Part shown: positions 29,959 to 41,024 of the stretch, piece by piece
How positions within the stretch are numbered: the first letter of the stretch is position 1
How the letters are laid out: each line of letters begins with the position of its first letter
Assembly: GCA_963845145.1 (NCBI GenBank)
Contig: CAWJQU010000004.1
Span: 352,001-416,000, forward strand
Direction of reading: 5' to 3'
Length of the DNA stretch: 64,000 bases
Source of the DNA: an uncultured delta proteobacterium
Lineage (GTDB): Bacteria > Desulfobacterota > Desulfobacteria > Desulfobacterales > QNYZ01
Notes under the pieces: generated by a model
Seen by the model: only the letters and a program-made list of their open reading frames with translations
The model's database searches: none
What the model was told of the DNA's origin: nothing
Translations under genes and position numbers: made by a program

Positions 29959-30639
29959 ATGGCGATTAATGTCGTAGACAAAGTGGACGACCGGGTGCAA
30001 GTGAAGCATGTCCTGATAAGCGTATCCGACAAATCTGGGTTGGAAGTCTTTATTCCCGAACTGGTTCATACGGTCCCTAACATTCGTATATTCTCAACAG
30101 GGGGAACGTTTGCGCGCATTGCTGAGATTCTGGGCGATGAAGCGGATACGTATTTAACCCGGGTATCCGATTACACCGGCCAGCAGGAAACCCAGGGCGG
30201 ATTGGTTAAAACTCTGGATTTTAAAATTTACCTGGGCTTGTTGACAGAAACCTATAACGATGCCCATCAGGACGATCTGGCCCGTACGGCTGCCGTACCC
30301 ATCGATATGGTGATGGTCAATCTCTATCCCTTTAAGTCCACCATCGCCCAGGATGGGGTGACGCCTGAACAGGCCCGGGGTAATATCGATATAGGCGGTC
30401 CGTGCATGATCCGTGCATCGGCTAAAAATTTTCTGCGGGTGGCATCGGTCGTCGATCCCAACGATTACGAGACAATCATCACAGAGATGAAGCAATACAA
30501 CGGCAGCACTTCGCTTGCCCTTCGTTTTAGTCTGGCCCAAAAAGCCTTCGCCCATACAGCATCTTACGACCAGACGATAGCCGCTTATTTGGGCGAACGT
30601 TCCTTTGGTGTCGTTGACGCATGTTATACCAAAAAATAG
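29959..30639 (+). CDS. IMP cyclohydrolase (stand-alone N-terminal half of PurH)
   Basis: LISVSDKSGL, STGGT, GLVKTL, VNLYPF, NIDIGGP, SAKNF, AFAHTASYD. Confidence 0.88.
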   Translation: MAINVVDKVDDRVQVKHVLISVSDKSGLEVFIPELVHTVPNIRIFSTGGTFARIAEILGDEADTYLTRVSDYTGQQETQGGLVKTLDFKIYLGLLTETYNDAHQDDLARTAAVPIDMVMVNLYPFKSTIAQDGVTPEQARGNIDIGGPCMIRASAKNFLRVASVVDPNDYETIITEMKQYNGSTSLALRFSLAQKAFAHTASYDQTIAAYLGERSFGVVDACYTKK

Positions 30640-30684
30640 TGCAATCTTAAGACATTTCAATGGAAAATATATAAGGGAGGCCCC

Positions 30685-31935
30685 ATGGCCGATGATTTAA
30701 AAAAAATGTACAAGACGATCGTTCACGATCACTTTCCGCCGAACATGGAGATCAGCTTTGTGGATGGCGATAACCGGCAGACCCTTTTTTATGAAAAAGT
30801 GCTTTGGGAAATCGACGGCGTTGCCAAGGGGTTGCGCTACGGTGAAAATCCGGGACAGGAGGCAGCCCTGTACCGGTTGCTCAACGGGAATCTGACTCTG
30901 GGGGAAACCGAAACCATTCAAGCCGGGAAGTACCTGGCTTCCAATATTGAGTTGCTTCAATCCGGTAAGCACCCGGGCAAAACCAATCTTACCGACGCGG
31001 ATAATGCACTGAACATCCTTCGGTATTTCAAAGACCGCCCGACAGCGGTTATTGTGAAACACAACAATCCTTGCGGTGTGGCTCGGGCCGATGCACTAGT
31101 CGATGCTTATCAACGTGCCAACATCGCCGATCGGGTCGCTGCCTTCGGTGGGTGTATCGCCCTTAATCGTGCCGTGGACAAGGTGACGGCCCAAAGTATT
31201 TCAGAGCAGTATTCCGAGGTGGTGGTGGCCCCCGATTTCGAGGAAGGGGCGTTGGAAATTTTAAGTAGAAGAAAAAACCTGCGGGTTATTCGAATCGGAA
31301 ATATCGAGCGGTTAGAAACTTTTGTGGGTCAGCGGTGTGTGGAGTTTAAAAACCTGATTGACGGCGGGATTGTTGCCCAATGGTCGTTTGTGCCGAAAAG
31401 CCGTACCCCAAAGGATCTGCTGCCGGCCGAATGTGAATACAAAGGCAAAAACTACCGCATCGAAAACCAGCCGACACCCGCCCAGTATGAGGATATGCTT
31501 TTTGGTTGGTTAGTGGAAACCGGTATTACGTCAAACTCGGTCATCTACGTCAAGGATCAGGTTACCGTGGGGATCGGTACCGGTGAGCAGGACCGGGTCG
31601 GTGTGGCTGAAATTGCCCGGGACAAGGCTTATCGCAAGCTGGCGGACCGCTACTGCTTTGAAGATCTGGGAAAGCCGTATAATGAATTGACCGATACCGA
31701 CCAAAAAGCCGCGATTGATGACCGGGTGGCCCAGGAGAAGGGGGGCTTGATCGGGGCGGCTATGGTCAGTGACGCCTTTTTCCCCTTTCGGGATGGGGTT
31801 GATGTGGGCTTAAGCGAAGGGGTCACCGCCATTATCCAGCCCGGTGGATCGACCAACGATTATCAATCCATCGAGGCCTGCAATGAAGCCGGGGCCACTA
31901 TGGTATATACCGGACAGCGAAGTTTTAAGCACTAA
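30685..31935 (+). CDS. AICAR transformylase (stand-alone C-terminal half of PurH)
   Basis: LRYGENPGQ, KHNNPCG, SNS, SDAFFPFRDG, IQPGGS, RSFKH. Confidence 0.9.
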   Translation: MADDLKKMYKTIVHDHFPPNMEISFVDGDNRQTLFYEKVLWEIDGVAKGLRYGENPGQEAALYRLLNGNLTLGETETIQAGKYLASNIELLQSGKHPGKTNLTDADNALNILRYFKDRPTAVIVKHNNPCGVARADALVDAYQRANIADRVAAFGGCIALNRAVDKVTAQSISEQYSEVVVAPDFEEGALEILSRRKNLRVIRIGNIERLETFVGQRCVEFKNLIDGGIVAQWSFVPKSRTPKDLLPAECEYKGKNYRIENQPTPAQYEDMLFGWLVETGITSNSVIYVKDQVTVGIGTGEQDRVGVAEIARDKAYRKLADRYCFEDLGKPYNELTDTDQKAAIDDRVAQEKGGLIGAAMVSDAFFPFRDGVDVGLSEGVTAIIQPGGSTNDYQSIEACNEAGATMVYTGQRSFKH

Positions 31936-31967
31936 GGAACCCCTCTGCATCATCAAAGGAGACGGCC

Positions 31968-33923
31968 ATGAGCAACCTGCTATGGGAGCCGAGCGAAGCT
32001 AAAATCAAATCATCAAACATGTACCGCTTTATACAGTTTATCAACCAACGCTACCAAACGGATTTTGATTCCTATGGTCCGCTTTACCAGTGGTCAATTG
32101 ACCATATTTCCGACTTTTGGGCGGCGATGTGGGATTTTGCAGATATACGTGCAAGCCGTCCCTACGATCAAGTCGTTGATGATGCGACTAAAATGCCCGG
32201 TGCCAAATGGTTTTCCGGCGCGAAGCTGAACTTTGCCGAAAATTTGCTGCGTTTTCGCGATGATCGCGAAGCCCTGGTTTTTAATGGTGAAGGGCAAGTG
32301 TCGGTGAAGGTTACCTATGCCGAGTTGTACGATGAAGTCGCACGCCTGGCCAAGGCACTCAGGCAAATGGGGGTCGTTGCCGGCGATCGCGTGGTGGGGT
32401 TTATTCCCAATATGCCTGAAGCGATCTTCGCTATGCTGGCGGCTACAAGTATCGGGGCGGCCTGGTCCTCATGTTCACCGGATTTTGGTATCAAAGGTGT
32501 GCTGGACCGGTTCGGACAGATCAAGCCAAAAGTACTATTCACGGCCGACGGGTACTTCTTTAAAGGCAAAAAGATCGATTCGCTCAGCCGAATGGCCGAT
32601 ATTCTAAAACAACTTCCTTCCATTGAGAAAGTGGTGGTGGTTCCCTACACTGAATCCACACCCGATATCGCCAATTTAATCAATGCGGTTCATTATCGGG
32701 ATTTCAGGTCAAATGAAAAACCGGGGGAGATCGAGTTCGAACAACTTCCTTTTGACCATCCCCTATATATCATGTACTCGTCGGGCACGACCGGGTTGCC
32801 CAAATGTATGGTCCAGAGCGCCGGCGGTATTCTCATCCATCATATCAAGGAATTGATGCTGCATACCAATCTGAGCCGGGATGATACCATCTTTTATTTT
32901 ACGACCTGCGGCTGGATGATGTGGAATTGGCTGGTCAGTTCCCTTGCCGTGGGGGCCCGGGTGGTTCTTTTTGACGGCAACCCCTTTCATCCCGACCCCG
33001 GCGCCCTGTGGCAAATGGCGCAGGATGAACGGATCACCGTTTTTGGTACGAGTGCCGGTTACATAGCCGCCCTTCAAAATGCAGAAGCAACCCCGGGCCG
33101 CGATTATGACTTAAGCTCTTTGCAGGCCGTACTTTCAACCGGATCACCGCTGTCGGTGGAAGGATTTTTGTATATTTACAATGAAGTCAAAAAGGATGTG
33201 CAGTTGGCGTCCATCGCCGGCGGTTCCGATTTAAACGGATGCTTTGCGCTGGGCAATCCTATCTTACCGGTCTATGCCAGCGAGCTTCAATGCCGAGGCC
33301 TGGCCATGAAGGTAAAAGCCTATGATGAATCGGGACAACCCGTTAAAAACCGGCAAGGGGAACTGGTATGCACGGCACCGTTTCCCTCCATGCCCATCTA
33401 CTTCTGGGATGACGAAGATGGAAAAAAATACCACAAGGCCTACTTCGATGTTTATCCGGGTATCTGGCGCCACGGTGATTTTATTGAAATCACCGAACGA
33501 GGCGGTGTCGTCATGTATGGGCGCTCGGATGCCACGTTGAACCCCGGCGGTGTGCGTATCGGTACCGCGGAAATTTACCGTCAGGTGGAGCAGCTTGACG
33601 CCATTGAAGACAGCCTGGTAATCGGGCAAAACTGGAATAATGATGTTCGGGTGATTCTTTTTGTCAAAATGGCCCCGGACGAGGTATTGACGGAAGAATT
33701 AATCGCCGCAATCCGGTCGACCATTCGGTCTAATGCATCACCACGCCATGTTCCTCAAAAGATAATCGAGGTGCCCGCAATTCCGTATACGCTCAATATG
33801 AAAAAAGTCGAGCTGGCTGTGAAAAAGATTATCGAAGGTCAACCCGTGTTGAATAAAGACGCCCTGAGCAATCCCGAGGCGCTCGACTTTTATGCGGACC
33901 TGCCCGAACTCCAGACGGATTAA
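31968..33923 (+). CDS. Acetoacetate-CoA ligase
   Basis: WSSCSPDFG, YSSGTTGLPKC, TTCGWMMWNW, GRSDATLNPGGVRIGTAEIY. Confidence 0.93.
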   Translation: MSNLLWEPSEAKIKSSNMYRFIQFINQRYQTDFDSYGPLYQWSIDHISDFWAAMWDFADIRASRPYDQVVDDATKMPGAKWFSGAKLNFAENLLRFRDDREALVFNGEGQVSVKVTYAELYDEVARLAKALRQMGVVAGDRVVGFIPNMPEAIFAMLAATSIGAAWSSCSPDFGIKGVLDRFGQIKPKVLFTADGYFFKGKKIDSLSRMADILKQLPSIEKVVVVPYTESTPDIANLINAVHYRDFRSNEKPGEIEFEQLPFDHPLYIMYSSGTTGLPKCMVQSAGGILIHHIKELMLHTNLSRDDTIFYFTTCGWMMWNWLVSSLAVGARVVLFDGNPFHPDPGALWQMAQDERITVFGTSAGYIAALQNAEATPGRDYDLSSLQAVLSTGSPLSVEGFLYIYNEVKKDVQLASIAGGSDLNGCFALGNPILPVYASELQCRGLAMKVKAYDESGQPVKNRQGELVCTAPFPSMPIYFWDDEDGKKYHKAYFDVYPGIWRHGDFIEITERGGVVMYGRSDATLNPGGVRIGTAEIYRQVEQLDAIEDSLVIGQNWNNDVRVILFVKMAPDEVLTEELIAAIRSTIRSNASPRHVPQKIIEVPAIPYTLNMKKVELAVKKIIEGQPVLNKDALSNPEALDFYADLPELQTD

Positions 33924-34044
33924 CCTTGTTTTTTGACTATTAGGCGGGTTGACATCTGTACGCCGGTGTTCGGTTTTACTATCGTTTCATTGCAGTGGTC
34001 AGTATTATTACAGTTGCAAGGGATATCCTGCTATCAATGGTGAC

Positions 34045-36249
34045 ATGAATCCTTCCCCCGATACACCCGCGTTTGAAACCCTCTCCGGTCGTATTGACCG
34101 GATTACTTACCTTAACGAAGAAAACGGCTATACGGTCGCCCAGGTCATTGTTCCGGGCCGTGACGACCCGGTAACGGTGGTGGGCAACTTGATCAACCCC
34201 ATTCCCGGCGAATTTGTAAAAATGAAGGGGACGTGGGGGGTTCATGCGACTTTTGGCAAACAATTTCGGGTTGATAGCTACACGGTATCCGTTCCCACTA
34301 CGATTGATGGGATTCGCAAATATCTCGGCTCAGGATTGATCAAGGGGATCGGACCGAAAATGGCCGATCGTATTATCCGCCGGTTCGGCCAAGAGACCCT
34401 GGATATTATCGGCGAGAATCCCCAGCGGCTCATGGAAGTAGAAGGGATTGGGGCCAAGCGGGTCGATATGGTCAAGGCCACCTGGCAGAATCAGAAGGAG
34501 ATCAGGGATGTCATGATTTTCCTTCAATCGTATGGTATCGGCGCGGCCTACGCGGCCCGAATATACAAACAGTACGATAGAGACACCATCCTGGTGGTTC
34601 GGGACAACCCCTACCAGCTGGCCGAGGATATCAGCGGCATTGGTTTTACAACTGCGGATCGGGTTGCTGCCAAACTCGGTTTCGACAGACAGTCCGAATT
34701 TCGAGTGCGGGCCGGGGTCATTTATCTGCTTCACCGTTTGGCCGAAGAAGGCCATGTCTACTACCCTTTTCGTCTTTTAATCTCAAAGGCACGAGAACTC
34801 CTCGATGTTGAGCCAATGCTCATCGAAAAGGCCTTGAACCATATTCAAGAAGAGAACAAGGTTGTAATTGAAAGACCTGCCGGGGTGACCGACGGTGGGG
34901 CGATGGAGGACGCATCCGTATACTTGTCCCATTTCCATTTTTGTGAAACACAAATCGCCGCCAAGCTCGTGTCGCTTGGTCGAATACCTTCCGATTTGCC
35001 CACTACCGAAGTGGATCGGGCCTTAACCGAGGTCCAAAGACGGCTTTCGATTGCGCTTGCTTCGGAACAAATACATGCCGTGAAGAAGGCCTTTACGCAA
35101 AAAGTACTGATTGTCACCGGCGGGCCGGGTACCGGTAAAACGACCATTATTGACGTGATCGTTCGTGTTTGCCATCGCCTGGGCCAAAAAACCTTACTGG
35201 CGGCGCCAACAGGTCGGGCTGCCAAGCGAATGAGTGAAGCCACGGGGCATAGCGCCCGTACGATTCATCGCTTGCTGGAGTTCAGCTTTCAAAAAGGGGG
35301 TTTCCAGCGTAATGAAGATCGTCCGCTGAATTGTCGTTATCTGGTCATCGATGAGGTGTCGATGATCGACACGGTACTTATGCACCAGCTTTTAAAAGCG
35401 GTGGCCCTGGATACCTCTCTGATTCTGGTGGGAGATGTTCACCAGTTGCCTTCTGTTGGGGCGGGGATGGTTCTTGGCGACATCATCGCCTCCGGCTGCT
35501 TTGGTGTGGTTGGCCTAACCGAGATATTCAGACAGGCCCAATCCAGTCGCATCATCGTCAATGCCCATCGCATCAACGAGGGGGAGATGCCGGATCTGTC
35601 GCCGATGAATCACAAGACCGATTTCTACTTCAGAAAAAGAGATGACCCTCAGGAAGCCCTGGGTTTTATCATTAATCTGGTCACCGATCATATTCCCCGC
35701 GTATTTGGTTTTGACCCCATGGAGGATATCCAGGTTTTATCGCCCATGCACAAAGGCGCTGTCGGCGCGGTGAATCTGAATCGGGAATTGCAGGAAACGC
35801 TTAACCCCCATGGGGATGCCGTTAGACGTGGTGATTTTCGTCTGAGAGTCGGTGATAAAGTCATGCAAGTGAAAAACAACTACGACCGGGAGGTGTTTAA
35901 CGGCGATATGGGCCGGATTCACCGCATTGACCCTGATGCGCGGGAAGTTATCGTGAACTTTGACGGCCGGCCGGTCAACTACCCATTTGCAGAGATCGGT
36001 GAACTGAGCCTGGCATACGCGATATCCGTCCACAAGTCCCAGGGATCGGAATATCCGGCCGTGGTGATCCCGCTATTGACCCAACACTACGTCCTGCTTC
36101 AACGCAACCTGCTATACACGGCGGTGACGCGAGGAAAAAAGCTGGTCGTCGTGGTGGGTTCTAAAAAGGCCCTGGCCATGGCGGTGAAAAATGCGAAGAC
36201 CCAGATGCGTTATACAAAATTGGATAAACGGTTACAGGGATATCGCTGA
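34045..36249 (+). CDS. recD2: ATP-dependent RecD-like DNA helicase RecD2
   Basis: YLGSGLIKGIGP HhH region, GGPGTGKTT, APTGRAAKR, DEVSM, HKSQGSEY. Confidence 0.95.
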   Translation: MNPSPDTPAFETLSGRIDRITYLNEENGYTVAQVIVPGRDDPVTVVGNLINPIPGEFVKMKGTWGVHATFGKQFRVDSYTVSVPTTIDGIRKYLGSGLIKGIGPKMADRIIRRFGQETLDIIGENPQRLMEVEGIGAKRVDMVKATWQNQKEIRDVMIFLQSYGIGAAYAARIYKQYDRDTILVVRDNPYQLAEDISGIGFTTADRVAAKLGFDRQSEFRVRAGVIYLLHRLAEEGHVYYPFRLLISKARELLDVEPMLIEKALNHIQEENKVVIERPAGVTDGGAMEDASVYLSHFHFCETQIAAKLVSLGRIPSDLPTTEVDRALTEVQRRLSIALASEQIHAVKKAFTQKVLIVTGGPGTGKTTIIDVIVRVCHRLGQKTLLAAPTGRAAKRMSEATGHSARTIHRLLEFSFQKGGFQRNEDRPLNCRYLVIDEVSMIDTVLMHQLLKAVALDTSLILVGDVHQLPSVGAGMVLGDIIASGCFGVVGLTEIFRQAQSSRIIVNAHRINEGEMPDLSPMNHKTDFYFRKRDDPQEALGFIINLVTDHIPRVFGFDPMEDIQVLSPMHKGAVGAVNLNRELQETLNPHGDAVRRGDFRLRVGDKVMQVKNNYDREVFNGDMGRIHRIDPDAREVIVNFDGRPVNYPFAEIGELSLAYAISVHKSQGSEYPAVVIPLLTQHYVLLQRNLLYTAVTRGKKLVVVVGSKKALAMAVKNAKTQMRYTKLDKRLQGYR

Positions 36250-36305
36250 CTGGAAAACCTCGGTGCTACAAATGATTTGAAGTTGTGAAATGACACATAC
36301 AAAAG

Positions 36306-37115
36306 GTGAAATCAGTGGAACAGCCATCATTATTAATTGAAAAAACGGGTAATATCAGCACGTTGGTTTTAAATCGTCCCGAAAAGAAAAATTCCCTTTC
36401 GCCCGAACTGGTCGAAAAATTATTGGCAGTGCTAAAGCAGTTATCCGCCGATGAAGCGATTCGAACCCTTGTGATTCGTGGTCGTGGCGATCAGGCGTTC
36501 TGCGCCGGTTACGATATCGGCGCTTTATCAGCCAAAATTGATGAGGATGCCGATGCGCACCTTGAGCGATTGGGCCGAGTGGAGCTATTGTTTCAAGCGA
36601 TTGTCCAATTTCCTTGGCCGGTTATCATTATGTTAAACGGTGCTGCGTTTGGCGCGGGACTCGAATTGGCGATTTGTGGAGACCTGCGTATTGGTGCCGA
36701 GGACATTCGGATCGGTATGCCACCGGCCAAATTGGGGATCGTTTATCCTTGGAATGGATTGAAACGCTTTGTTCAGGTCATTGGCCTGCAGGCAACCAAA
36801 GAGATGTTTTTTACGGGGCGTGTCTACGCTCAGGATACTCGTTTAAAAGAGATGGGATTGGTGGATCATTTCACTTCTCGCCCTGACCTTGAGGCCAAGA
36901 CCTACCAAATGGCGGAGATGATCGCGGGCAATGCCCCGTTGGCCTTGAAAGGGACGAAAAAGGTTATTAATTTGATATCAGATACGTTAAAACTTCACGG
37001 TGATAATCGAATTATAGCGGAGTCGCTCACTCGGCGGGCATTTGTAAGCGATGATGCCAAAGAGGGCCGGCGTGCGTTTTTTGAAAAGCGCGCCCCCCGG
37101 TTTAAAGGCCGGTAA
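36306..37115 (+). CDS. Enoyl-CoA hydratase/isomerase family protein
   Basis: LNRPEKKNSL, AFCAGYDI, GAAFGAGLELA..GDLR. Confidence 0.9.
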   Translation: MKSVEQPSLLIEKTGNISTLVLNRPEKKNSLSPELVEKLLAVLKQLSADEAIRTLVIRGRGDQAFCAGYDIGALSAKIDEDADAHLERLGRVELLFQAIVQFPWPVIIMLNGAAFGAGLELAICGDLRIGAEDIRIGMPPAKLGIVYPWNGLKRFVQVIGLQATKEMFFTGRVYAQDTRLKEMGLVDHFTSRPDLEAKTYQMAEMIAGNAPLALKGTKKVINLISDTLKLHGDNRIIAESLTRRAFVSDDAKEGRRAFFEKRAPRFKGR

Positions 37116-37189
37116 AGCCCAATAGACTGCGACCATTGTGGCCCGCGTGGAAAAATAATCAGAAAAGTAAACCAAAGGATGTAACGCCC

Positions 37190-38062
37190 ATGACAAAGAT
37201 CCGGACCATTAAATCGATTTCCAAATCGATCCCCACCCTTGAGGGGGCTGGTGTTCAGCTAAAACGCGTTTTCGGACACGGCCAGGCGCCCCGGTTTGAT
37301 CCGTTTTTAATGATGGATGATTTTCGCGCGGATTCACCGGATCAATACATTCAAGGCTTTCCCTGGCACCCCCATCGCGGCATCGAGACGATTACTTATA
37401 TCCTTGATGGTAGTGTTGAACATGGCGACAGCCTGGGGAATCAAGGGGTGATTACATCGGGGAGCGTTCAATGGATGACCGCTGGCAGCGGTATCATTCA
37501 TCAGGAGATGCCCAAAGGAGACGCCAGTGGCAGGATGGGGGGCTTTCAATTGTGGGCCAATCTCCCGGCCGCGGAAAAAATGATGGCACCCCGATATCGT
37601 GATGTGCCATGTAAGGACATTCCCACGGTGAGATTGGAAAACGGGGTCGAGATTGGTGTCATTTCCGGATCGATAGCAGGCCAATCGGGTCCTGTCAAAG
37701 ATGTGGTGATCGAACCCACCTATTTTGATGTCAGGCTTCCGGCAGGAACTGAATTTATCCATTCAACCCCTGCTGCGCATACCTTGCTGGCCTATGTGAT
37801 TTCCGGGCAAGCCTATTTTAATCCGCAATCGGTAGACCTTTATGGAAATGAAACCCTGGTGTTATTTGATAAAGGCGACCAAATTCAGGTTCGAACTGAA
37901 GCCGAGTCTTCCGTGCGATTTTTATTGCTGGCCGGCAAGCCCATCGGCGAACCGGTGGCTTGGCAGGGGCCCATCGTGATGAATACGGAAGCGGAACTGG
38001 AACTAGCCTTTGCCGAGTACCGCAACGGTACGTTTATTAAGCACCCGGACCCAAATCTTTGA
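37190..38062 (+). CDS. Pirin family protein
   Basis: GFPWHPHRGIETITY, QWMTAGSGIIHQEMP, QLWANLP, GPIVMNT. Confidence 0.95.
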   Translation: MTKIRTIKSISKSIPTLEGAGVQLKRVFGHGQAPRFDPFLMMDDFRADSPDQYIQGFPWHPHRGIETITYILDGSVEHGDSLGNQGVITSGSVQWMTAGSGIIHQEMPKGDASGRMGGFQLWANLPAAEKMMAPRYRDVPCKDIPTVRLENGVEIGVISGSIAGQSGPVKDVVIEPTYFDVRLPAGTEFIHSTPAAHTLLAYVISGQAYFNPQSVDLYGNETLVLFDKGDQIQVRTEAESSVRFLLLAGKPIGEPVAWQGPIVMNTEAELELAFAEYRNGTFIKHPDPNL

Positions 38063-39902
38063 GCAGGGATTCACTGTTTAAATAGCAAACACTGGCCGGA
38101 AACTGTTCTCCAACCGGGTTGGGAGGGTCCTCGCAAGTAATATCGTCGATGGCAGAGATCTGTCGGTTGAGCTCTTTTTTAACCGCCACGCCGATGTCTT
38201 CAAACGTATAGGGTTTAGAGACATATTGACCGGCTCCCAGGCGCTCGCATTCCTTGACCCGATTGCTTTCCGAAAAACCGCTTGTGATGACCGCTTTCTG
38301 CGTGGGGTGGACCTGAAGGATTTTCCGATACGTATCCAATCCATCAATGCCCGGCGGCATGATCATATCGAGCACGATGATATCCGCAGGTTGTCTCTTT
38401 ACAACCTTGATGGCCTCTTCACCGCTTGAAACCGTTGAAACTTTATAGCCTAAATGGGTCAGAATATCGGAAGCGATCTCTCTTTGGGCTTTGACATCAT
38501 CAATGATTAATATTTTCTGGCCATTGCCCATATATGATGTCATCGGCATGACCGTCTTTTTGGGTATGATTTCATCGCGGGTAATCGGGAAATAGAGTTC
38601 AAAGGTTGATCCGAGGCCCTCTTTGCTGTTGACATCGATAAATCCCTGATGATCTTTCACCGTGCCGTAAACAACGGACATCCCCAGGCCGGTGCCGCTT
38701 TTCCCCATGACTTTGGTACTGTAAAACGGCTCAAAAATTCGATTCATATCCACCGGCGCAATCCCGCTGCCGTTATCAGCGATGCGCAAGACAACATACT
38801 CGCCCTCATCAATATTGAGATCGTATCCATTAATGGGTTTGTCAACATATTGATTTTTGGTGGATATCGAAATGAGCCCGCCATAGGGCAGGGCTTCAAC
38901 GGCATTGGTCACCAGATTCATCACGGTTTTGTCCATATGAACCTGTTTACCGATGATATTCATCAAATTTGGATCAAGGCTCGTATCGATTTGGATGTCA
39001 GGATGGTGGATTTTAATTTTTTCAAATATAGCCGATTCTAAAAACGAAGATACCGCATCGTTTAGATTAAGCACCTTGGTCTTGATCACACCTCTTCGGG
39101 CCAAGGTCAATAAATCCTGGACCAATTGTGCCAATTTATCCGATTGCTCCAGAGATGTTTTTAAGAATTTACGGGTTTGGTTATCAGGAGCGGATTTCAT
39201 GAGTGCAATTTCAATATTGCCGATCACTCCCCCCAGGATATTATTACAATCATGGGCAAACCCGCCAGCCAGAAGGCCAATGGCCTCCATCTTTTCAGCC
39301 CGGGCAATCCTTTCCTGAAGCTCTTTCTTTTCCTTTTCCGCTCTTTTCAGATCGGTAAGGTCTTGAATAAAAGTGATGATACTGATGACCACTCCCTGTT
39401 TGTTTTTATAGGGGATTTTGTCCACCAATATCGATTTTCGACCGTGGGGTGTGTGAATGATGCCGCTTTTATTCATTACGGCCTCTCCGGTTTCAAAAAC
39501 CACCGAATCATCATGCAATAGTGATGATTTGTCCGCCGCAACCAGCTCAGTATGGGTTTTTCCAAGGATCTGTTTTATCGGAATCCCTAAAAAATCAGCG
39601 AATTTTCGATTCACTCGAATATAGCGGAATTGTGGGTCTTTATAGGCAATCATAGCCGGAGATAAATCTAGCATGATTTGCAGTTCCTGACCCTTAATCT
39701 CTAAGATATGCTTGGCGTCATTGAGTTCTTTGGTTCGATCCTTAACTTTTTTTTCCAGGCTGGACAATAAATCGAAATAACTATTGGTCGTACTTTCGTA
39801 CTCTTCCTTAGTCACACGAAGTTCATTCGACAGATGTTTGGCCCGTGTTTCAAGTAAAAGGATTTTTTCCTTCACCGACTTTTCCTGGTCAGGTCTGGTC
39901 AT
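38037..39902 (-). CDS. Cytoplasmic PAS hybrid histidine kinase/response regulator
   Basis: Coiled coil, PAS, AHDCNN H-box, GTGLGM, receiver LDMIMPPGIDG...KP. Confidence 0.92.
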   Translation of the reverse strand: MTRPDQEKSVKEKILLLETRAKHLSNELRVTKEEYESTTNSYFDLLSSLEKKVKDRTKELNDAKHILEIKGQELQIMLDLSPAMIAYKDPQFRYIRVNRKFADFLGIPIKQILGKTHTELVAADKSSLLHDDSVVFETGEAVMNKSGIIHTPHGRKSILVDKIPYKNKQGVVISIITFIQDLTDLKRAEKEKKELQERIARAEKMEAIGLLAGGFAHDCNNILGGVIGNIEIALMKSAPDNQTRKFLKTSLEQSDKLAQLVQDLLTLARRGVIKTKVLNLNDAVSSFLESAIFEKIKIHHPDIQIDTSLDPNLMNIIGKQVHMDKTVMNLVTNAVEALPYGGLISISTKNQYVDKPINGYDLNIDEGEYVVLRIADNGSGIAPVDMNRIFEPFYSTKVMGKSGTGLGMSVVYGTVKDHQGFIDVNSKEGLGSTFELYFPITRDEIIPKKTVMPMTSYMGNGQKILIIDDVKAQREIASDILTHLGYKVSTVSSGEEAIKVVKRQPADIIVLDMIMPPGIDGLDTYRKILQVHPTQKAVITSGFSESNRVKECERLGAGQYVSKPYTFEDIGVAVKKELNRQISAIDDITCEDPPNPVGEQFPASVCYLNSESLLKDLGPGA

Positions 39903-39903
39903 G

Positions 39904-40764
39904 TTAAAACAACCCCTGTTTTTTCATTTCAGAGAGCTCCGCATTGACATCTTCTACGATGAGATCAAGCGCACCCGGTTGAATGTCCAACTCCTCTAAA
40001 CAGTCTTTGTATCGTCTGTCTTTTTCTTGTGAGGCATCAGAGTATTCACTGCTGCACCTTTGGCTTAATCGCTCCGATACAGAGATGGTGGCGGCTAATC
40101 GTACCGTAGAGACATCACCGACCAATGGGTTATGATGGTACCCGATGGCACCGGATAACTCCGGGGGCAGTCCCCAATTTTCAGTGAGCACCTTACCCAA
40201 CCGGGCATGATTAAATCCCAGTATTTTTTTCTCTTGTAACGGGAGATCGCCCTTCTCGATACTGGATGATTCCAGAATATTTTTAAATTCATCGGGTAAA
40301 AAATGATCTTCAACTATGATTCCGATATCATGGAGCAGACCGGCTACATATGCATCGCTTCCTTTTTCGCCGAATTCCTTGCGGTAAATCATCTTGCACA
40401 ATTTGGCGACAACGACACAATGCTTCCAGAGTGCATCTCGGGAATAGCCGTTTACCGATCCGTTTCCTCTGAAAATATCGCAAACCTTCTGACTCAGGGC
40501 GAGTTCCTTCAGCGTATCAAGCCCTATCCAGACAACGGCGTGTTTAAGTTCGCCGATTTGGTTGACCGGTGAATAATAAGCGGAATTGGCGACTTTCAAC
40601 ACCTTGCCCATCAAAGGGGGGTCCAACTCCACCACCTCAATGAGATCATTAGCGGTCGATTTGGGATCGTTGATCACACGAATGATGCCTGAGACCACAT
40701 TTTTCATTGAGGCAATTTCAGAATCGTTTACCGTTTGGACTAAACTATTAATTTTTCTGGACAT
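39904..40764 (-). CDS. HDOD domain protein
   Basis: DPPL..KVLKVANSAYY, LWKH, AGLLHDIG, NHA.LG..L..NWGLP; coupled to the kinase. Confidence 0.92.
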   Translation of the reverse strand: MSRKINSLVQTVNDSEIASMKNVVSGIIRVINDPKSTANDLIEVVELDPPLMGKVLKVANSAYYSPVNQIGELKHAVVWIGLDTLKELALSQKVCDIFRGNGSVNGYSRDALWKHCVVVAKLCKMIYRKEFGEKGSDAYVAGLLHDIGIIVEDHFLPDEFKNILESSSIEKGDLPLQEKKILGFNHARLGKVLTENWGLPPELSGAIGYHHNPLVGDVSTVRLAATISVSERLSQRCSSEYSDASQEKDRRYKDCLEELDIQPGALDLIVEDVNAELSEMKKQGLF

Positions 40765-41024
40765 TTTTACCTCTTTGTTGCCGGAGTAAGACTGGTTGTC
40801 GTGGTGCTGGTGCTCAATTAAAGATTTTTAAAGGGCAATTTTAATGAATTTTTACCCAATTATTATATCGGTTGACAGCTCGAATTACTTTAGCCGTATT
40901 TTCTGATTTGAATGGTTTTTTTTTAATGATTTAGGGGAAGGGGGGACGGTTGGGTCATTTTGCACCTTATTCAAAAGGCGCGAGGTTTCGTCAAACGGTT
41001 TGTGACACCCGGCAATTGCTCAAT

